Source: the human T2T-CHM13v2.0 reference genome, Homo sapiens. From it: a stretch of 64,000 bases of DNA. Position 1 is the first letter of the stretch. Each line of letters starts with the position of its first letter. Of this stretch, positions 52,815 to 64,000 are shown piece after piece. The stretch is taken from NCBI RefSeq assembly GCF_009914755.1, contig NC_060927.1, one strand, 5' to 3'. The notes beneath the pieces are model-generated. The model saw nothing but the letters and a program-made list of their open reading frames with translations. It did no database searches and was not told where the DNA came from. Position numbers and translations under genes: made by a program.

Positions 52815-53390
52815 AGATGGCATGCTGTAAGGGTAATTGGTATGGTTGCTTTAGAAAACCGGCTGTTCCATCTAAACATATACCTGCCTTAGGACCCAGA
52901 AATTCCTCTCCTAGGATTATATCCAAAAGAATGAGAACCTATATTCACAAAAATATTTGTGCACAACTGTTCATAGCAGCTTTATTTGCAATGATCAAAA
53001 ACTAGAAGGAATTCGGATATCATCAACAGATGAATAGAAAAACAAACTGTCATATTCACACAATAGAATACTATTCGACAACAGGAATGAACTACTGAAT
53101 GAACTACTCAACACGTGAAAGAATCTCAAGGATAGCATACAGAGTGAAAGAAGTCTTACACAAAACAATTCATACTGTGTAATTCCATTTATATGAAGTT
53201 CAAGACAGGACAAAACTAATCTGTGGTGAAAACAGTCAACACAGTGGTTGCCTTTGATAGAACGGGAACACAAGGGAACATCTGAAGTGATGAAAATGTT
53301 CTATTCCTGATGGGGATGGTGGTCACATGAGTGTATATGTTTGTCAAACATCCCTAAACTGTACACTTGAAATCTTTGTATTTAATTGAA
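52815..53390 (+). mobile_element. Old L1M 3' end
   Basis: GTTCATAGCAGCTTTATT, ATTCCATTTATATGAAGTTCAAGA motifs. Confidence 0.75.
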
Positions 53391-53469
53391 TACTTATACT
53401 TCAGTAACAAATACTTTAAAAATCAGAATTTCAGTCCTTGCACTAAAAAATAAAGAAGGTTTAATAGAA

Positions 53470-53761
<292 letters not shown>

Positions 53762-54864
53762 GTTTAATAGAAGAGAGTTTGATGAAAGGACCACATGCAG
53801 TGATGTGGACAGGACCGAGAGAACCAATAAGGGGTGGTGAAACTCCTGGGTCTAGCAACAGCTGGAAGCTGTAGCCATGGTGAGGCCTGAAGGTGTGAGG
53901 GAAGGTTGAGGTGTTACCAAACCAGCAACAGCTGTGGCCATGAAAGAGGCCGCCTGAAAAAAAGGATACCCATAGGTAGAAAAATCAAGATGCTGCCACT
54001 GGTCTGGTAGGGAGGGAGTGAGGAAGAAAGACCCTGACCTCTCTCTCCTTCTATCCTTGATATTCCTCTTGATACCTTCTATTGGCTGAACCATTTAAAA
54101 GCTAAAGGGTAAAGAAGCACAGGTGCAGTGGTCCTTAGAAGTCACCCTGTTAGGGTGCAGGGTTGGACAAAGAAGGTTAAAGAGTGGATCTGGAATGGCA
54201 AATGGGAAACAACCAGCACAGCTCATCTACTTTTTTCTTTCATTTGATTAAGAATAACTAGAAATAAAACAGGAGAAACACAAAATCCTGTCAGTCCTCT
54301 CTTGTATGACCTGGGAATAATGTCAACTCAGTCAAATTTCCACTTGGAGCTAAACTGTGATATTAACCATCAGTGGTTACATTCACATAAATACAGTTTC
54401 ACATAAACAGAAAAGGGGAGAAGTAAACAGTTGTCACAAAATATAGATTCTACTGTCCCCACTTCTGTAACTGGTCATGAGGCCTTATTTGACAATCATT
54501 CCAATGTTTCCCTCTACTCTCTGAGCATTTTGGCCTGCATGAATTTTTTTTTAACTGATGACAGGGGCCTAAAATTTCATTCCCGCCAAAGACTTATCTT
54601 TATTAGTTTGCCAGTGACCATAATTATTGGATATGGGAGTCCTCTGAGGTCTAGACATAGTCATCCCATTATGAAGCAGGAATCCAATTTCCCCTTGGTA
54701 ATCAGGTAATCAGGATCCATCACCCAGTCAGTAAACTAACCTTCTTTTCTGCCTCTTGGTTCTTCAACATGAGGACTACAAAATTACAAGAGAAAAGTCT
54801 CAGCTTCCAATTGACAAGGAAGCATTTCTGTCGTGGGCACCCAAACCTCCCAACTCACCAATCT

Positions 54865-54904
54865 TTTTTTTTCTTTCTTTTTTCATCCACTACTAAGAGT
54901 TGTA
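54865..54904 (-). pseudogene. Micro-retroposed insertion (20-nt body + A tail, 17-bp TSD); body resembles the ITS1/5.8S rRNA 5' end
   Basis: Perfect direct repeat TCCCAACTCACCAATCT at 54848-54864 and 54905-54921; insert reads TACAACTCTTAGTAGTGGAT-G-AAAAAAGAAAGAAAAAAAA on the minus strand. Confidence 0.7.
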
Positions 54905-55510
54905 TCCCAACTCACCAATCTAAAGGATGTGGGGATATTATGCAAAACTTTGCTAGATGGGTTACTATATGTAATAGAGAGGTCCCACTTTGACCTTGGT
55001 CCTTAAACCAGTCTCTTATGTCTATGAGAGAAATTACACCACATATTGGCTACTGGTTTAAGGCATATATTGTAACCGGAGTGAATGTCCCAAATTCCCG
55101 GGGTGCTGTCTTCTAGCTAGTACCTTAACTGTGACTTATCTTTCTGTCAAGCCACATGCTTCTAGGTAAATATCATGAAATGAGTCTATTGCCCCACCGA
55201 TTTCTACAAAATCAGTTTCTTGATTAGAGATGATGTAATGTGTGCTGCTATGGCCATGGGTGAGAAGACATTCTATATACATCTACATATAGTGGTGCTA
55301 GTAGAAGAAAGCCAGACAAAGAAGGCAAAGTCAGATTTAGGATAAGAATTTATTTCAACAAATACAGCAAGAAAATAAAAGAATTTATTCCAATAAGGAC
55401 AAATAACTGCAGTCTCTATGAAAAAAAAATCCAATTTAAATAACCTTTCTCTACGTAGTCAACAGGAGAGGCTGGCTAGGGAATAATGCCATATGAAGAC
55501 TCACGGTGCA

Positions 55511-55543
55511 CTCTCTCTCTCTCTCCCTCTTTCTCTCTCTCTG

Positions 55544-55598
<55 letters not shown>
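55511..55598. repeat. Compound (CT)n(CA)n microsatellite
   Basis: Direct reading. Confidence 0.97.
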
Positions 55599-55602
<4 letters not shown>

Positions 55603-56853
55603 TGCCCATCCCAAGAGAACCACACTGACATCCTTGCTATCAGTCTCCTAGTTCTGAACTTTTCAAGTCATTAACTGATGATTAGGCATTGTCCATAAAT
55701 CAGTGAAGATCCATAAATGAAGCCATCTCTCCTTTCATGTAAACCAAAGCTCCACCCATTGGGAGGATTCTCTTTTGCTAGTTTTTACTTTTCAATAGAA
55801 AAATGTTACTCTAATAAAATATACATAGCATTTATTATTGTGACCATTTTAAGTATACAAATCAGTGGCCTTAAGAACATTTACATTGTTGTGAAACCAT
55901 CACCACCGGCCACCTCCAAGTTTTTCATCATCTCAAACGGAAACTCTGTACCCGTTAAACAATAACTCCCTATTCCCTCCTCCCTCTAGCAGCCAGTAAC
56001 CACTGTTCCACTTTCTGTCTCTATGAATTTGACTATTCTACGTACCTTATATATGTGGAATCACATAATATTTGTCTTTTCATGCCACTGTTGTTTTTAG
56101 TGCTATACCAGTGTGAGGCTAACTAGTCCTACCCCATAGACATCCAAGCATAAAGCAGGTTCAAGTTTTTTCTCTTCCATTAAGTAAAACTCCCCATGAG
56201 GCCATAGGTGTGGGTTGAGGGAAAGGCAGTAAAGCAGTGGAAGCAAGTGCCATAGGAGTCTAAGCCTCTTGCTCATGTAATTTACATGTTCATTCCGAGC
56301 CTACTCTTGTATGTACCATTTTCATTTGATAGTAGAATTCTGCTTTGTGATTCAAAATACCTCATTCACGAGACCAACTAAGGCGTCACACTCATGCGGT
56401 GTCTTGTGGTCAAGCAGTCAATCTCTACCAGGGCCAGTAGCAAGGTTGGAAGTGCTTATCGTATGGTGAATAATTGACTGTACACGAAAACTGTAGGAGT
56501 CTTCACTGCAATTTTTTTGGTTTGCACAAGTGCTTCATAAGGCATTTTTATCTGCCACAGTCACTTAAAGTATTGTACCTCTTGTAACATAAGGCCAAAG
56601 CAGCAAGGCAGCTTGTACTGCAACGTAGATAGTGCAGAGCTCCCTCTTGCTTTCAAAACTGTAAACCTTATGGGTTACCACATAGTAAATGGCTTCAGAA
56701 ATATTGTATCTTCTTATGTGTGATAGTAGTACCTGGGTATCAATTTGTTTCTAGATACAACCCTGAGATAAGATAGTAAAAGCAGGCTGCTACCCTTGGT
56801 AGGAGAAAGCCAACCGTTTCTGTTTGCTGATTGAATTAAAAATAAAGCATTTA

Positions 56854-57237
<384 letters not shown>

Positions 57238-58240
57238 TCATGATAATATATCTGGAAGAACAGTCACAATTGGAATCAATGATTGATTAAGTTGAAGATA
57301 AGCAAAGAATCTTTTCCAAACTCTTCTGGCTTTTGCTTTTGCAAACCCGAAACAAAACAATGAACAGCCAAATATCCTGGTTTATAGATCATGTTTACAG
57401 CTGTTGTCCCAGAATTCCATCCAATTTCATATTTGACCCAGATTTTTCATTGTTTTAAAAATATATTAACAGTAGAATTAGCTTAAACCAGAATGGTAGT
57501 CCTCAATTTTGCACTTCTAGCTTCTGCATGTTCTCATCTAGTAGTGCATGAGATACATGTGCAGTTGTACCTTGAAAACATGATTAAACATGAGCAGTAA
57601 TCAGAGACACATCTCATTTTCCCTGATCTGTTCGTGGTGTAATGTATCTAATTTCTCTCTTTCAAGGACAGTATGCAGAATGATTAACTACATAAATCAA
57701 GTGCACTCAGACACAAGTATCTAGGAACAGCTCGCTCTTTATGGTCTCCGGACATGGTGGAAGAATATTCAAAGTCTCTGCCAGCCACTCAGTTCATTAG
57801 GCAGTTTTCATTAGCCTCTAGAAATGCTGTAGGCCAGTAGGAAATGTGAGACATTCTAGGTTAGGTTTCTGTAAAATATGTGCAGAAAATAGAGACTAAT
57901 GAATCCTGCCCTGGAGCCATTAGTGTGTAGTTTGAATGCTCTTGCTACCTAGAATGATCATTTACCTTATGGTGTAAACCTACAACTATTTATTTACTTT
58001 ATTGTTTGGTAACCTATTTATTTTGAAGTACGTCCTTATGATACTAAGTTTAAGAATGGAAGTACATATTTAATGTAAAAGTATTCTATTTCCATTTTTA
58101 AGATAATTAATAATGAACATACACATTTCCCAAAATATTTGTCAACATTTACCATCCATCATGGGACTGAGGGACAACATGAACATCAGAATACATGAAT
58201 CTACTGAAGGAGCTTCAGCAATCATTTCAAAAGTTGGCTA

Positions 58241-58525
<285 letters not shown>

Positions 58526-58968
58526 AACAGTTATATTAAGAGCACTGTGTGAAGGTAATATTTTAATAGGTGCAGTGCAGAAGATCCATTTACATATCAT
58601 TCTATCAAACATGACTTTTCAATTAGATCAAATGGCTATTCTTCTAAATTAATTTCATTCATTTTTTTTCTTGTGCACATATGTTGGTTCCATGAACAGT
58701 TAAATGATGCCAGTTTTACACAGTGTTTTCCGACACTTTAAACAGGAAATCGGTTAACTTCAGTAATGATTCGATTATTTCATCCAATATCCAAAATTAA
58801 GATAAATCTTTCTGAAGCTCATTCTGTCAAAGAAGAAACAACTGCTATTATTTAAAGACTATTCGAAATTCACCTCATTTTTTTTTCTAGTGATTATACA
58901 AACACAAAATTTGATGGTAAAAGTAATATTCACACTAAGAACCCTCTGGATATTTCTTGAATTGTTGA

Positions 58969-59457
<489 letters not shown>

Positions 59458-60244
59458 TGAACCCCCTGACATAGTTCTCTAATTATCTTTTTTTTCTCCC
59501 CAATTTTCCATCTCTGTCTTTCTGCTATACTTTCTAGGAGACTTTTTTCAACATTATTTTCTGATTCATCTATTGAGTTTTTCATTTCTGATATGAAATA
59601 ATATTTTAGTTTCCAAGAAATATTTTTTTACACTCTGAACATTTCTATTTGTGATACAACCTCCGGTTCTACATTCTTGACTAGAGTGTCTTATCTCCAT
59701 GAGGAAAGTAAGGTTATTGCTTTCAAACTTTTTATGCCCCTGCATGATTTCTTCTAGACTGCTCTTATTTCCTGTTTCTTTAGTTAGAATTTTATCTATC
59801 ATATTATAGCTATTCCTTCTATACCTGGTGATCCTGCATTGTCTTCCCATCAATGTATCAGGTCATTAAGGGATATGTGCTATAATGATACTTACACACA
59901 GGGAGCCATCTGAATCATGAGACATGCATGCCCATTTTACACTTAAATGAATACATAATTTACATGATTTTCCTAGAGCCCATGCCACATAAATCCATAG
60001 ATTGAGGGTTTGTTTACCGTAAGCAATCCTAGACAATCAGGTACATCCTTCTGAAAGCATTCCAGGGATAAACACTCTCCTGCTGGCAAATACTACTAGT
60101 TTGCTTACCAGGTCTGTCATTAACATGTTTACAAGGAAATTTGACTACATCACCTCCTTTCTTTTTTGATTGTGTCTCCCAAGCAATTAAGAAAATGAAT
60201 TACAGAACTGTTCATTAACCAATTACTGCACTGTGTTTAAAATG

Positions 60245-60830
<586 letters not shown>

Positions 60831-60967
60831 AACTCTATGAGTGTAGTATTATTGTATTATTATCCCCATTTAACAAATAAGGATGTGAGACTCAGTGCTT
60901 ACAGGTTCCCCAAAGTCATGATACCCGGTAAAATCTCAAATGTCCTAACCTCAAGTTTTCCTCCCCA

Positions 60968-61391
60968 TTGTAGTCCCGAAGATAAGGTCCCCTACCCAAA
61001 TAACCCTTCTTATCATAGGGGCCAGGCACAGTCTCTATGTAACCCTATCTCTCCTAACCCTGAATAGCAGACTTCAGTTCTCTGTCAATCTGAGGAATTG
61101 TTCAAACAAGCCAATCACACCCTCCCTCAGGAACCAGGAGTCACCCCACTCTCTTGTTATTACAAAGCCTATGGCCCATAGCCCCCGCTTGTTCACTCTG
61201 TTCTCTGTTCCCAAATGCAACCTCTGTGTAGCCCTGCATAGCATGTGATGTCCTCCTCCCCTAGACTGTGACCATACGTGCCCAATAAATTGTTGTCAAT
61301 CTCATCTCAGGTGTCACATGTTCAGCCATCCTTATAACCCTAGGGTGGAATCCCTTGCTCACTGATGGGGTGAAGTGAGGCAATCAAAACA
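60968..61391 (+). mobile_element. ERVL-class LTR (MER73/MER76-like)
   Basis: CCAAT box, AATAAA at ~61284 and ...AATCAAAACA end; similar to recalled consensus. Confidence 0.55.
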
Positions 61392-62698
61392 ATCAGCAAA
61401 TCTGACTTCTTAGTCCATGTGCTTTGTATTACATTACACTGCTTCCCACAGCTAAAAATCATGCTCCCTTCACCATCTCCAAAATGTAGACTCAAGAGGA
61501 GATCCAGACATGAAGCTTGAGACTAGCGAGGAATGATACACCTGGGATATTGACTTTCACCTTGTCTGGGTTCTCAGCAAAATACATCTAGGATTTCTCT
61601 AGGGTTGTTACCAGTTACTTGTATCCAGCAAGAAGGCAGGCTCACAGCCAGAGTCTCTACAACCAGAAGAACCAGAAAACTGTCAAAAGGGACATTCCTA
61701 AATTACTTTGATGAGGCTATTTCGTTGGCAGTGGGCCCTTTCACGGGACTTGAAATCCAGGAGAGCTTCCCCCTCCCGCTGGAAGTGCTGCCAGATTCCT
61801 TTTTCTCCATGCATGTCCATATATAGGTAAGGGGCATCTTTTACCTTCAATGGCATAATTGATGTCTGTTTTTTCATCACATGACACTTGCTGTCACGTG
61901 ATGATCACAAGGATGATGTGAGTGGTGTATTTATAGTAATGATGGGAAGCTAAGGGAGGCAGGGACCTTAAAAGGGGGAAGAAATTGGGGGTGGGAGAGA
62001 GCAAACAAGAGGGGACCTCGGGGAAGAGTGAAGAACAAAAGAAGATGGCCAAGGAGAATGACAGACTGGCCAAAAAGAACTGTTAAGAATAGGGAAGCCT
62101 CATACTCAGTTTTAATAATTGTTTACATTCACGTAACAAAACTCATCACTTTTCTAAAAGCTTTGATAAAAGGTAGTTTCATAGGTAAAAGCCTACAGTG
62201 AATTTGGCTTAAGCACTTTTGAATGGAAATAAAAAGTACTCCAAAATGAATTTTACATTTGGGTGAACATCATGGTGGAGACAAAGGAACAGCCATTTTC
62301 TGAAGAACCAGAAAAGAAGAGTAAGGAATTAGAAACTATAGGTGATTCTGATAACCCAAGTGTTTCAAAAATTTTCAGAAACTTTTGGGTAGACGTTGGA
62401 CTTTTCGCAGGACTTAATAGATAATTGAGCTAACCATATTTCAGTCTTGCAAAACAGGAAGACCTTATCTGACAATATGCAAATAACAAAACTTGAGTGT
62501 GTTTCAAGTGTCAGGGTAGTTACGCCGATGGCAGTGGTGGGGGTCCACTTCTTAAATAAAACCAGGTAGCAGGACATCTATTAGCTCACAATTATTAAAC
62601 TAGTTTTTTTTTAAAACACGTAGCAGGGGTTTCCTGTCACAAGATGATCACAAGGATGATCATATCATCTTGTTATATAAGATTAAAATATGTTTATC

Positions 62699-63040
<342 letters not shown>

Positions 63041-64000
63041 TAGCGTCATCTCTGGGAAGTCTTCTTTTGTGACTAAGCCCAGTCACTCCACTGATAACTA
63101 TCTTCTTTGTGCCTCTACTCTGCCCTCAACAGTTGTCTATCTTAGTAACCGTGGCCCTAATGGAACTGTAGATCTGTCCCTCCCAATAGTCTGAATGTCC
63201 TTGCAGGCAGAGACCACATGTTTTCTGTGTTTTGAATCTCTAGTGCCTTGAGAAGTGCTTGGCTAACAGTAGGTCCTCGGTCTATGTTTGATGAATTAAT
63301 CATACACCTGATCTGTCAGGTTAACTCATTAAACGACCCCAATGAGAGAGCAAGGATCTTGACAAGTCTGTCATTAAAATGAGGAACTTGCCAAGAGATC
63401 ACATGGGTCTTAGCATCTTCTTTTTAGGACAATGACTCTGTCCTTCATGCTTTTCTATTCCTGTTGGCTACTCTAGTGCCTAGCACATAATAAACGTTTA
63501 TTTGAGTAAGCTTTGCCAAATGGAAAGGTGAATAAGTGAGGCTCAACAGCAACATATACCAGCCTGTGTAGAATTTCAAAAGCTGATGGATCTACAGCAG
63601 TCTCACAAATCATCTGCTACCAGCCTGAAGCCCCTGAAGTAACTGAAAAATCACTGCACAATGTGGCATTTTCATGCAGGCTGCCTTCGGGGCTGTGGAG
63701 GTGGTGGCTGCTCCTGAGTAAACACAGGCTGCACTGAAGAGCCATTGTGGCCACTAGTAGTTCTTTTAAGTTCCCTTGGGGTCTGAAGTTGATTTGCAGC
63801 CAGAGCCAAGTCCCCACACAACCTCCAATTTACCCTTCCTTTCTTTATCTTCTTTTTTTTTAAATTAACTATAAGAAAAATATCCAGGGTGTAGCAGTTA
63901 GCAGTGGGCTGCCAATAGTAGAAAATTTTCTTTTGTTTACTCAGAGTGTTTGCACCTAATCTACTGAAAAACAGTAATGAGCCCTCAGAAAGCAATTCAG

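Noticed and set aside
62470-62492. Octamer ATGCAAAT with adjacent Sox-like words
   Set aside because: Orientation does not match the canonical Sox-Oct composite element

Overview
Primate (almost certainly human) genomic DNA. It carries the CpG-island promoter and the first four coding exons of SUSD5 (Link-module + Sushi-domain membrane protein) on the minus strand: 50565-50454, 45873-45696, 39693-39575 and 6839-6651. All have GT-AG boundaries and splice into one frame (199 codons plus 1 nt). The large last exon lies beyond position 1. The rest is intronic or upstream sequence dominated by transposable elements: about 30 Alus, a ~10 kb ancient L1 with nested insertions, LTR8, MER34, MaLR and ERVL relics, Tigger3, a MER85 piggyBac MITE, MIR/L2 and microsatellites. 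Nearly all ORFs in the supplied track are repeat-derived or GC-content artefacts. I cannot demonstrate a new biological system. The most unusual observations are: (i) a ~40 bp L1-type insertion with a 17-bp TSD whose body resembles the ITS1/5.8S rRNA 5' end; (ii) two independent ~100 bp inverted, locally templated insertions within ~6 kb of each other, plus smaller template-switch-like scars; (iii) a 5'-truncated cytochrome c retrocopy with ancestral residues; (iv) one surplus cysteine in each of the SUSD5 Link and Sushi domains, suggesting an inter-domain disulfide. Repeat subfamily names come from recalled consensus sequences, not a database search, and repeat boundaries are approximate.
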